Source: Entomortierella parvispora E1425
Lineage: Eukaryota; Fungi; Mortierellomycota
Reading direction: 5' to 3'
Assembly (NCBI GenBank): GCA_020891255.1
Contig: BQFW01000014.1
Span: 806,001-870,000 of the forward strand
DNA length: 64,000 bases
Of this stretch, positions 51,269 to 63,799 are shown one piece after another. The position numbers and the translations under genes were made by a program. Within the stretch, counting starts at the first letter, position 1. Each line of letters begins with the position of its first letter. The notes under the pieces are model-generated. The model saw only the letters and a list, made by a program, of their open reading frames with translations. It ran no database searches and was not told the DNA's origin.

Positions 51269-52168
51269 TTAGTTGCCAACAACCGCACTGACACCTTCTT
51301 TCAGCAGAGTCTACATCGTGGATGGGAATAGAATGCCTATCCACGTTAGTCGAGTTCAATGAGGCCATGTTCAACAAAAAAGCGCGCATTGGCCCACAGT
51401 CTGCGAATTAACCAAAACTTGCCTGGTCCAAAAGATAGAGACCCAGTCCGTCTCCTCCAACACGGTTCAGCTGAGTGACAAGCTTGGCGATCTCTGCAAT
51501 GGAATGGACTTGCTCCTTCAGGAACTGTGATCGAAGAATGTTCGCAAAGTTGGCATCATGATGCTCCTCCGCCAAGGACTCGATTCGGAGGAGACTTTTG
51601 TTCACATCCTTTTCGAGTTGCAGCGCAGATTCTTTTTTTTTTGTTTCGAAAGGGAATAAAGAGAGTGACATCAGTCGATGATCATCATAGGTTTACCAAA
51701 ACAAAAAAAAAAAAAAAAAAAAAAAGAAAAAAAGGCGAGCTCTTCCTAATTCACTTTCTTCATGAGCAACGTACCCACGGCGTTCTTGGCAGATTGCCAT
51801 TCTGAGGTAGGAGCGGGAATGGTTTGGATGATGACCCTTCCTCCGCGCCTATTCTGATAGTCCATCAAGATCTGGGCATGTTCGCGCTCCTACGGTACGG
51901 CAACAAGGTCCCAGGGTCGCATGTTAGTATGGGTCTGACGGGGACAAGTCAGACAGGGTCAAGACACCGCCATCAAGGCGAGATTCCTTTTTACCTCCTG
52001 GGCCTGTTCTCGAAAGTACTTTTCAAAGCCTGGGAGGGCCACTGCATCTGCACCCATGTAGGCAGCAATAGCGAGATAGGTATGAGCGGCGATCATCTCC
52101 AGGTTGATCTGCTGGTTGACAGCATCCTCGACGACACTGGCAAAGTTTTGCTTGGCGAGAGAAGTCAT
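51269..52168 (-). CDS. Ferritin (H-type, 179 aa)
   Basis: Exons 52168-51995, 51889-51775, 51631-51423 and 51310-51269 (last intron GC-AG). Motifs NQQINLE...TYLAIAAY, LPGFEKYF, EEREHA, LMDYQNRRGGRV, ALQLEKDVN and FLKEQV. Confidence 0.93.
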
Positions 52169-53425
52169 GGCCGGAAGGTGGTTGTTTCTGTAGAGTTCAA
52201 GTGGGATGAGAGTAGACAAGGCAGGGGTAGAAGGGTTTGAGTACAGGGTAGGAGTGTCGACAGGAAAGAAATGAAGGCAATGCAAAGCAATGTCCATGCA
52301 TTGACTCTCATTCCCCCTCGAGAATGGCGGCCGGGAATCGCCCCGTGACCCCTCTCGAAGGGAAAGTTTTTTTTTTTTGGGGTTTTTCACCTTTTTGAGG
52401 TTGCGTTTTTTTTTCCACACGCATCCATCTACTTTGCGCCAATCTTTTTTTTTTTTTTTTTTTGGCAGGGGGGATTCGCGTGCTTGCATGCGTGTCCATA
52501 GATGGAGTGCTGTCCGTGCCCTGTTGTTCTGTGGTGTTGTTTGTCGTGTCATCTCGATCTGATAACGAAAGAGCAGCCAGCGCGCTTTGGGCTCCATGTC
52601 CTTCTAGTGAGCGCGTGTTTCTTTCATTTTTTTTTTTGAGAAAGGGGGCGAGAAGAGTGATTGTCCACCGTTGGTTTTTTGTGTCTCTTTCTGGTCAACG
52701 CAATTCGACAGGATAGATACCCCATCTCGATCTTTCCAGCGGATGGTTCCTCTCGTCCCACAATGTTGAGTGATTGCCCATGTTGGCGGTAACATGCTCA
52801 CTGCAGGGGGAGAGGAGAGGCAAGAGGTCGGTTAAGTGCTGTGAATGACGACAGACAAATGAGCTGCACGAGGAAGAAAAAAAAAGAGTTGATGACAAGA
52901 AGACATGACCAGTTGCAACGATTCTGATCTCAACGTGTCTCGTACAGTCCGTTTTCTGTTGCAATTGGTCAGACAAAGACCATGCATGGTAATGAGAGTG
53001 TTAGACTTAAGGCCATCGATGAAGAAGAGAGATGAAAAGCAGTAGAGAACCAAAAGAAGACATGCAGTGGTATGATGGCATGACACGCCGGCTGATTCCT
53101 TCTGCGGCATGCGGAACAGCAGAGAGAGGGTATACCCGTTCTTGTCCACAGCAAGAGGGAGAGGCAGGAAAAACAAAGAAAAAGAGGTCTGGACGTCCAG
53201 CAGTTTTGGGATACAGAAGGCGACAAAAGGGGGGGGGTTGTGCGACAGAATCGGCGGCAAGCGAGGCCGCATTGTGTGCAGACAACAGACTGCAGACAAG
53301 ACAACAGAGAAGAGAATACCGCCGACCAGACCAGACAGACAAGCAGGGTGAGGAATGCAAATGCAGACAGCCCAGGAAGGAAGGAAGGAAGGAAGAGGGA
53401 AGGACCGACGCAGGACAGACAGACA

Positions 53426-53470
53426 GACACACACACACACACACACACAGACACACACACACACACACAC
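53426..53470. repeat. (AC)n microsatellite with interruptions
   Basis: ac dinucleotide run preceded by gaca repeats, seen directly. Confidence 0.85.
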
Positions 53471-54163
53471 AACAAAAGGACGATCCATTCCCGCCCTTCT
53501 TTGTCCTTGACCTGCCTTCTGTGTCTTTCCCGCGCATTGCAAGAACAGTGAAGTGAAAGAAAGAAAGAAAGAACACAAAATTTTCCCTTCCTTCCTTCTC
53601 TCTTCTCTCCCTTCTCTCCCTTCACCCACTGTCCTTTGTCCTTCTCTCCCTTCCTTTCCTTTGACCTTTCTCTCTCCCTTCCTTTCCTTTGACCTTTCTC
53701 TCTCCCTTCCTTCTACCCTCCTCCTTCTCTTCCTCTTCCTCTTCCGTATACTCTGGCGCTGTCTCCTCTCTGACCTTTGCTCTTTGTTTGTCCAGTCTCC
53801 ATTCCCTTTGCATGGCTCATTGTCCATTCCACTGCAAGGGATCAGCACTCGAGCTCATTATCGTACGCTTGTTGCATGCAGCCATGTCCATGTTGTCCCA
53901 CCTCTTTTTTATTCGTCCTCTTCCTCGGGCTGTGCATCCCCCCTCTGGGCTATTTTTCACATGCGACCCAGCCCTGATTGCATCATGCATACATCCATCC
54001 ATGCACAGACATTTCATGCGCGTTCTGCTCATCTAATGCATCTAAAACTGTCTCCAACTAATCATCTCTCTTTCCGTCATCATCTCCGCCTCTTTTGCTT
54101 CTTCTTGCCAATACCCATCCTTGCAGCCGTAGCCGCTCTCCATCCCCATCCTCCTCTTTGAGC

Positions 54164-57100
54164 ATGCCCCAGATGCAGGACCCACAGCTGACTCCCATCC
54201 ATCACCAGCATGTCTCCTTGCGACCGCCCCATTCCTCTGCCATGACCCCGACCAACAGCGACATCATGCGCTCTACGCGGCGGACCTCGTCCAGCGCCAC
54301 AGACTATGACGAATCCTTCTCGGACCTCGACTCCATCCTCGATGTGCCCTCCTCCCCCTCTCAGACCCATCCTGAATCATCGCCAGACAAAAAGGGCAGG
54401 ACCCCCCGTCTGCGACTCAGTCTGAAGGACCTTCGCACCCCAAAGACCGGCGCGTATGGTCACCCGGAGAGCGAATCATCCCCAGACACCCAACGGCCTC
54501 CTCGGCTCTCGCTGGAGGGACCTCGGCTTCCCTACGACCGCCGGGTGTCGCTCGACCTGCCGTACGAGGGCCGAGTCTCGCTTGATGCCATTGACCCTCG
54601 CAGGCGAGAGCATCTGGCCTCGCCTCCACAGCTCTCGGCCTCTGCCCCAAAGACCTCCTCCCGGTTCTCATTCATTCACTCCCCGACCCCTTCCACACCG
54701 ACCATGGCCCGCCCAAGTCATCATCGAAGCAGCACCACCCCGATCCACTCGCCTGCCCCCTCCAGCGTCAGCACCTCGCCCCGCCGGATGATGGCCTCTC
54801 CTTCACCCCAGCCGGTCAAGGAGACCCACACCATGATGAAGGACTATGATCCTACAACAGGCAACAAAATGATCAACAAGTACATGGTCGTGCGGGAGCT
54901 TGGACGCGGGGTCCATGGAAAGGTCAAGCTCTGCCGGGACACCGAAACCGACGAGTTGTGTGTAAGTACAACATCAACCTATCCTTCTCACTTCAATCTC
55001 CACTCTCACTTTTTTGTCTCCTCATGAAACTGTTGCACTATTGTACGTTCATGCTGCGTTGGCTATCATGCAACGTAATCGAAGCCCAACAGTCCCCCTC
55101 CCGTCGCCTCCTTCCTTCTGTTCTAACCCCTTATCCTTCCCAATACATTGTTTCCCACGTCCCCAGGCCATCAAGATTGTGGACAAAACCACTCGGAGGC
55201 GACTTGGACGGGCACAAATATCGAATGAGCAAAAGATCCGACGGGAGATTGCAATCATGAAAAAGTGTATACATCCCAATGTCGTCCGATTAATCGAGGT
55301 CATTGACGACCCTAGTGCAAGAAAGATATACCTTGGTAAGCATCCCACATTCAACACAAGCAGCGTATTTCACAATGGAAAGCATGCAGAAAAAAACCAC
55401 ACCCGTCTTTATTGTTCAGACCACAAGTCCTTACGTTTCCCCCCAACTTGTAGTGCTGGAGTTTATGGAAGGGGGAGAGGTGCGCTGGAAAGATATGGAT
55501 GAGCAGCCGATCCTGCCCCTGGACGACGCTCGAGCAATCTTTCGTGACATTGTTCTGGGTCTAGAATACCGTAAGTACAAGGATATCGGCTCTCCCTGTT
55601 CAAACAAGCTGATATAATTGACCTGCGGATCGTCGACACGTAACTGTGTATCTCACCACCGTTCTTGATATTCCCATCTCTGACAGTTCACATGCAGGGC
55701 ATTATCCACAGAGATATCAAACCGGCCAATTTGTTGCTGGCGGCGGATGGAACGGTCAAGATATCTGATTTTGGGGTGTCCCACTTTAGCGAAAAGAATG
55801 GACTGGAGCATGACCTGGAGAATACACCGGTCGTCGACAAGATGACCCACATCGCTCCCTCCTCCAATCCATTCGAGAATTTCTTTCGACATCCTGTATC
55901 CCACTCGCCTCTGTTCTCTGGACGTCACCATATGGCATTTGGAAACGATCAGTCCCATTCGCAATACCAACAACCACAGCTCTCAGCTCAGCAACAACAA
56001 TGGGGCGATGATCTGGAGCTGGCGAAGACAGCTGGAAGTCCTGCCTTTTTTGCACCCGAACTGTGCTATGCCTGTAAGGAATCTTGGTCAATGTTCAAAA
56101 GAGTATCTGTGTTCAAGCTGAATTTCTAACTCTAATATGGATGTCACAGGCGAGTTCTCCCCAGCCTTGTCGCCAGCCCCATCCACTGCATCGCAGACCT
56201 CATTTATATTGACCGTACCCACGCCAAGGACCAACCCATCGACCCCTACAGGGACCATCTCGGGACAGGGATATGCAGCCCGACCACCCATTACCAAAGC
56301 CATTGATGTCTGGGCGCTTGGGGTGACATTATATTGCTTTGTGTATGGTCGTTGCCCGTTCATCGCAGAGACAGAGTTTGAGCTATTCAACATCATCTCC
56401 AGAAAGACTCCTAGTTACCTGGATTCTGTCCCCGGTCGGGAGTTCGTCAGCGATCCGCTGAAGGATTTACTTTCTAGGCTGCTGGAAAAGGATGTTGGCA
56501 AGCGTATCACTTTGAAAGAAGTGAAGGTAGGACAATGACCAAGCAAAGAAAGATGTATTGCCTTTAGTCTCGAGACACATCTTTTATTAACATTGTGCTG
56601 TTCTTTTCGGTATCTTATATAGGAACATCCTTGGGTGATCGAGGACCTAGATGACCCAGAGGCGTGGCGGAATGAGACAGATCCATGCAACTATCAGCGT
56701 GTCCTTATCACAGAAGACGATCTCAAAGGCGCTGTCACTATCATGGACAGGATCAAAAACAGGATCCGAAAGCTTTCCGTCTCTCTCAGTAATTTTGGTC
56801 TCAATCGGAGACGGAGCAAATCGATTTCATCCAATGCACCCGGTATGAAATGGTCTTTTGCCTTTTTTTTTTTTTTTTTTTTTGGTAGTTTCTTTGAAAA
56901 AAGATACTTGCGTAGGATCATGACTGACCTTTGGGACGCATTTTCGATGATTTTGTTGAAATTAGATTCCCCTACTGGCACGCGTAGTCCAATCCCCATT
57001 ATTCGATCCCCAGTCCCGACAACATCCCAGTCATCAGCCCACGCGACCGCACAGCCCCACACGTACACGAGCACTGTACCCTTGCCCGAGCGTTTTCAAC

Positions 57101-57798
57101 ACTTTCACGCTTATAGCTCAAACACTCCCCTTCGATCACGATCAGATCGACCCAACAGCAGTTGCAGCAATGCAAGCAGTATTGATGAAATGGACGAGGA
57201 AACGACAGGACCATCTGCCCAGAATGGCGCAATGAGCCGGAGACAGTTATTGCGATCATCAGGATCACTAGAGGCAAGACCAACATCCACCCACTCTGCC
57301 TACTCTACATCGGGTTCTTGGCGCAACCATTCCGACGACCACTTAGATCAAGGTCAAGGACAACTCAGTCGCAGATCGCTTCAAGGAGTGGCCTCCTTCA
57401 ATGGAACCGCCAGTGCTAGGGTTGTTCCCATCGGTCATAGCAATCTTTCCAAAAGCTGGGTAAAAGATTCTTCCACGGAAACGGAGCAAGGTGTCTCTGT
57501 GCCTGATTCCTCTGCGAACGTAAAGCCGGCATCCACTTCTACACCTTCTCTCATCGGCTCGTCAGGACAGCAACAACAGCATCAACAACAACAACAGCAG
57601 CAACAGCAACAGCAGGAGCAGCGACGGAGCCATCGCACGTCGACCTTGTCCCCTTCGTCGACGCTTGTCGCAGACATTGTCCAGGATCAAGGTGAACAGA
57701 GCCCGGATCTGAGTAAATCCCAAGAGTCCTTGACGAAGCCGTCTTCGCCAGTGACGTCTGTCCTCTCAGACCAGGTAGCAGACTCGCAAGAATTGTAA
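54164..57798 (+). CDS. CaMKK/SAK1-PAK1-Ssp1 family Ser/Thr kinase
   Basis: Exons 54164-54961, 55167-55335, 55454-55570, 55687-56073, 56150-56526, 56623-56842 and 56966-57798. Motifs [58 protein letters not shown] and [12 protein letters not shown]. Confidence 0.92.
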
Positions 57799-58171
57799 CA
57801 TAAAATAAACCGCTAGAAATCAAAAGGATGCATGTCATTCATTAAGTGTGACTGGTGTTTATCCATTTGCCACCAACGCGTCCAGGTGTCAACTGGGATG
57901 TCCCCGCCCTGATGTCCTCTTTCTATCGATGAGAGCGCGGCGCGGCAGTTAAGCGCCTTTTCAAAAGGACCAGGATTCCCTTTCTCTCCTTCCTTCGTCT
58001 TTGCCGTCCTTGTCCTTGCTTGCTTGTTCTTGCTGTCGGTGTCCCCTCTGTCTGTCTGCTTGCTTATCCCTGACCACCCGTGCCATCTGATTGTTTGCAT
58101 TCATCCTCTCATTTGCATGCTCATTGGCCCATCATTGCTCCTCCCACGCCCCCCTTTGCTCGCCATTCGCC

Positions 58172-61100
58172 ATGACTGATCCGCCTCCCATGAGGAAGAG
58201 TGCCTCCAAGAGTCCGCCCATCCTTCCCGCGCACTTGACCCCTCCCCGCCCCCCTCCCACATCATCGACACCTCCTCCTCCTGCAGCCTCGACGAGTCAG
58301 CAGCATGCCCGCAACGTCTCCACCAGTGATATCGGAGTTCTCAAACTCTCTGGCCAGGTCTCCCAGAACGACGAGCGTCTGCCGCCACGCACCACAGGAC
58401 AGGCCTCTCTCGGTTCTGGAAGCGAGAGTGGCTCCAGCGGTCCTCAGGATCCCAATATCTCCCAGCTCCCGTTCCTTGATATTTCGCCCCCCGCTCCTGC
58501 CGGTAAGGCGCCTTTCCCCTACTTGATTTCTTTTTGATTTCTTTCCTTTTTTTTTTTTTTTTTTTTTTTTTTGTTATGTTGTTGTCTTTGTTGTTCTTGC
58601 TGGCGTTTGTTTGTCTCCATGCCAATGAAAGGGTGTGGTAATGATACTGAGTGCCTTTTCCCCCCTCCTTCCCCTTCCCTCCACTCTCACCGCTTTGATA
58701 GACACGTCGTTCAGTCTGGACCCCACGGCTCACACTCAACAGACCCGTGAGGTGACCGAACGTCGACAGACCTATTCTTACGTGGCCGACTCTCAGTCGG
58801 TCGATGCGCTCTCATTCCCAGATATGAGCACCCATCCGGGGCAAGCTGTCCTGGCCGAAACCAGCTTCTCGCACCACTCTGACGTCAGCATCAACAACTC
58901 CTCGGACCACAGTACGCTCTCCATCCATTCTGGATCCAGCGGCAGTCATCGGACCCAGAGCAGTAGTCAGGCGGGTCATTCCAGTGGCTCGCTGAATAGT
59001 CGTTCATCCGGTTCCCAGGCAGAGTCTCAACCAGAATCAACCATCTCGGACATCAGTTTCACCAACGTGGAGACCTCGACGCCTAGACAGACGCCTAACC
59101 GACCGACCTCCCAAATCTCCACACCTTCGGACGGTGATCACCATCTTCTGTCTTCACCACTGTCACCTACCGGCCGGTACTCGACCTCCCAACAGTCTCC
59201 GGACTATGCTGGAAGAGGCAGTAGTGCTGGCGCAGGAGGGTCGATGGATCATTTTGTGAGGTCGGCCATTGGGCTACCTGGTCCATCGCCTCCTAGGCCT
59301 ATTCAGGTCGTGGGGCGCAAGGTGACTACGATCCTTGAGGATAAAGCCGAGGAAGGGGACGGGGAGGATGAGGATGATGAAGAAGAAGAGGTTTCTTCTG
59401 GTCAGGTTGCATCGGATGAGATGCCAACCCAGATTCTGGAGCCCTTTGATCCCGATTTGCAAGAAGTTCTAGCTGAAGAGGACGGTTCATCGACTCATCC
59501 CGTGCAGCTGGCGGATGATGAGGAAGATGAGGAGGATATCGACGAACTCAATTTGGTGGCACTAGCAGAGCTGAACAGTCAGGATGTTCATGGATCCGCT
59601 GGCTTGACTCCCCCTGTCTCTAGACTTCTCCAGACCAAGACCACCACCACTACTCAAACCACCCGAACTACCTCGTCCGTCGTTACCTCAGCGGCCCCTT
59701 CCTCGAGAGCAACTTTATTGGTGACTGGGAAGCAGGACCAAGGAAAAGAGGGTGAGGTGGAGGAGCACTTGGGCCTGAATGATTATTATACCAGCGACGA
59801 AGATGATGACACGAATCGCTCAAACACGACTACGGGTGGCGGGATTGACCTTCATATCTCTCAGTCGCAGGCTGATATCGGTGACATTCTGCCTCTGTCG
59901 CGTCACTCCTCGACTGTCATGGGTCAGCCCCTTGCTTCATCCTCGTCCACCGGTTCCACTTCCTCAGCGGCGACGGCCGCCACAGGCGCTAGCAAGTCCA
60001 GCGCTCAAACCACCGCCTCCAAGGGAAGCGCCGAGTCGCACAAGGACCAAGTCGTTGCACACGATGGCCACGACTCTAGGGCGAGGACACCCACACCTCC
60101 AAGTCATGTCGGTAGTTCAACTTCGTTGAGCGACTCTCCAACCGAGAGAACGAAGCGAACCATGAGAGGATCTCGGCGCTCAAGTGGAAGCCATGGTTCT
60201 CAAGAACTAGCATCTTCACAGAACAGTGCACATTCATCCACATCGGCACCCAGTTCGTTTACCCAGAGACTGGCGAGGGCTCAACAAGAAGGTGACAATC
60301 CTTCCGACGACGAGTTAGAGGGACCACTCCATCCCATCATCAACAAGCGGCGGAGAATTGGTGCTGCAGCCGCCACCATCACCCGAGTGCCTTCTTCGGT
60401 AGAGGATGAGGCAGAGAAGCAGTTCTGGATGGGTTCAGGAACGGAGGAGCCAGAAACTTCTGGGAAAGAGAGAAAAGAGAGAGGCAGGCGACAGGAGAAT
60501 GATTCCGATGACGAAAGAAGACACCAACGGGGCAGTCGGTCTCGATCTGCATCCCTGGACATCTCGTCGTTCCCAGATGAGGGACTGTCAGAGCTGGATA
60601 TTGGACCTTATACGGATAGTTCACAACAGGAGGAAAGTTCGCAGCCGACTGGAGGGAAAGAAGGAGACGCGACTGCTGGAGAATCAGCTCGGCATGGACC
60701 TTCACCTCCACCCCAAACAACGCCGACTTCGTCTCCTACGCGCAAGTCTAGACGACGCGTTGGTTCTCCTCCTCCAGAGCCCCCAAGAGTCTCTCCCAAA
60801 CGGGCCCCAGCTCGTCAATTTCGGTCTCGGTCCACCTCTGCGACGAATCTGCGGGGAGCTTCTTCCTCACAGACACCCACAACCGCTCCTGCAAGGGTAT
60901 CCCTTCGAAGGATGCAATCCATAGTGGATGCATCTCGGGTCTACAAGACGGACGACTCTGTGTGGGCACGGTGGCGCAAGGCGTTCTATGCCGGCCGAGT
61001 TGTGCGCAAGAATAATCAATTGTACGATATTCGCTTTTTGGACGATGATGTCGCATCGTGTGAGAATACTCAGATGCGGCCCTTCATGCTGAAGCTTGGA

Positions 61101-62797
61101 ACGTCTGTGATGGCTAAGAAGACAGAATCTATGGATTACGAGGCAGCCGTCGAAGGCATCCAACTGTCGAGCGTACTGGAGCAATCTAGAGTGGATGTTC
61201 GGTTCGGAGATAATACAGAGGCCAACTTGGCCTTGAACCAAATATGTCTGACGACCGAGATGATGGCAGAGTTGGACAAGGAAATGAATTGGGACTCGGA
61301 TAGTTCTAGTTCTAAAGGCGCAGCTGCCAGCAAACGTGCTTCAGCCTCACAGACTCGCCGCGAGGCCTCGTTCGTGGAGCCGTTGTCGGGTCCATCTTAC
61401 AGTCAGGCGAGCGAACTTTTCTCGTCACAGCAAGCAGGCGCGAGGGCTGACTCTCTTATCCCGACGACACCCACGAAGGGTAAAGGAGGCCGGTTTGCGG
61501 CTGCTCAAAAGTCTTTTGCGGCTCCATCGACCCCAACCCGTCGTTCCAAGGGATCAGGTCAGAGTCTTGGATTGGGTACCCCCGTCCGACGTGCCAAAGG
61601 TAAAAAGAAAACTATATGCGATGATTGAATGTCTTTGTAGTTGGTGGGATTTGAAGGGCGTCAACTAAATCTCTACATTTTCCCCCCCCCTTTTTTGTCA
61701 AGTCCTTTTAGACCTCTTCAAGGATATGAAGTTTGTATTGTCGTTGACGGGACCTGGAGGAAGCAGAGACCTTGGTAAGATCCTTATTCTCTTTTGATGA
61801 AACGAGCATGTCACCATAATGGCTCAGATTCTCTGATTCTAATAGCGATATTCTTTTGGTGACCATTCATTCTTTTAACTACCAACAGAACGCGAAACAT
61901 CGGCCAAGATCAAGGCAGGAGGCGGTACGATCATTGAAGACTACAAGACCTTGATGTACCCCAATCAAGACGTGAACCTCACGAACGTAGTCCTCATCTC
62001 GTTTACGACCCTGAGAACGGCAAAGTACATCTCGGCCCTGGCCCTCAACATTCCTCGTCTATCCTATCGATGGATCGATGCCTGCAGTGAAGCCGTAAGT
62101 CATCTTTTGGAAAGGGGAGAAACATGCAAGAATAGGATGATCTTGCTCTTTGACTGAAGTTCTCTGACGCGCTTTGTTTCTGTCTTTCCATATCATTAGC
62201 GCCAATTGTTGCCTCACCATTCCTACCATTTGCCAACTGGATTCTCCAATGAGCTTGAGACGATCGTGTCCAGTATTCCTTACATGCCTACAGGACTTTT
62301 TGACGGACTCATCATTGGTCTTTGCGGAGGCTTGTCTATCAGGGTAAGTCTGACCACTGTTTATTTTGGAGACTCATTTCCCTCAACAGATTCGAGATGT
62401 TTTGTAGATCTTTTCTAAATTCTCACTCTTTTTCCTCTCTTTCGTTTTTCTTGTCATTTTGTAACTCTAGAATGAATGGGAGCGTAATTTGTATGCTGCA
62501 GGAGCAAAGAAAGTCAAGGTTGTCAATGCAAAGACAGGACCCATGAATTGCAACTACATTGTCTTTTTCAACACCAAGGCCTATCGAGCGTTTATCGAGT
62601 CCAATAATTCTGTGCCTTCGCTCTGTGATGAATGGTTGATCCAGTGTCTAATCAACCAACGTATCGTTTCTATCCATGGTCACAAGAGTTACACGGATCT
62701 TGCAAAGAAGGATAATCCTAACCAGCAGCAGCCCCAACAACAGCAATCCCATCATGCTGCCAACACCTCCTCGGCCTCTGGAGGACATTCCAGTTAA
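58172..62797 (+). CDS. DNA-damage checkpoint adaptor Rad9/Crb2/53BP1-like (tandem Tudor + BRCT)
   Basis: Exons 58172-58502, 58702-61599, 61712-61774, 61889-62094, 62200-62343 and 62471-62797. Long SQ/TQ-rich disordered N-terminus, Tudor-like VWARWRKAFYAGRV...YDIRFLDDD, and BRCT-like FKDMKFVLS, RTAKYISALALNIPRLSYRWI and EWLIQCLI. Confidence 0.8.
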
Positions 62798-63298
62798 GAT
62801 TATCAGCAGTAGAAAAAACCCTCCCGATCATCCCCCATGTCCTTTTTGTTTGTTTGTTTGTTGTAGTTGTAGTTATCATTAAAGTCGTTCTCATCATCCA
62901 AGATACCGGACCCCCCTCCCCCCACGCGTTCTGTTCTTGTTCATTAACCTTTTTATTGCGTGCCATCGTCCTGGACAATTGTAATGACATTTGGCCTTGG
63001 ATGGTTCGAGAACTGGAGGTCCTCGCGAAACAGTCCAGGGTTATCAATTAGGTTGGCATGGGGGGGAGGGGGGTATCAGATACTGAGGTCTGCAAGGGTG
63101 CAGGCGTACAAGGTTCAAAGGCAATCGAGAACAGAGTGGATCCTCCTGTCAGTTCTGGCTGGCCTTGTCATTGAGAGTATTCAATTTGGAGTTGCAATTG
63201 CTCAGTCTGTAGTTGCATCTCTTCCTCTTGTCGTCTGCGCTATAGGTGGCTCTCTGCCATGCCTTGATCTGTAAGGAGGAATGGCCCTGGCTGCGACC

Positions 63299-63345
63299 GT
63301 GGCTGCTGCTGCTGCTGTTGTTGTTGTTGTTGTTGTTGTTGTTGC
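63299..63345. repeat. Compound (GCT)n(GTT)n trinucleotide repeat
   Basis: gct repeats followed by about ten gtt repeats, seen directly. Confidence 0.9.
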
Positions 63346-63799
63346 AGTAAGTTCAGGGCCAAGATCCTTTTTGATGGTTTCGTTGTCGTGTTGTTTTCTA
63401 AATTTCGAAAGAGCTCCAGATCCGTCTCGGACACGTTCATTTTTTCCCCTTGGTCTTCGCTTTGCAGAGGTGGATCGTCTCCCTGAACGGATTTTCCATA
63501 CGATGGCTGCGATCACAGCCAGGGTCGCCAAGAATCCCCGCCAGGATCCCGTTCTGCAACTCTACCGCAAAGGTCTGTCTGTTATTCACTTTGATCAGAT
63601 TTATTGATAGCTGGTGGACTTGTATGGGTGGGTTGCGCAAAGTCACCATATCACGGTCATGAGATGCTGCGTCCTTATCAAAAGAAGATAAGATTGAACA
63701 AGCCTCGAGTCAAGAGAACTGGAGAGGCATCGAAAGAGTGTGGTAAAGCTGGAACATATGTACAGTACAAGAGCTTTTGGAAGAAGGGGTGTAGACCCA

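Noticed and set aside
52169-52340. Iron-responsive element in the ferritin 5' leader
   Set aside because: No CAGUGN loop or matching stem on the coding strand.
52832-54161. Long ORFs of 174-338 aa between ferritin and the kinase
   Set aside because: They are translations of microsatellites and purine/pyrimidine tracts (CVCVCV, THTHTH, poly-F/L/S), which are stop-poor by composition.
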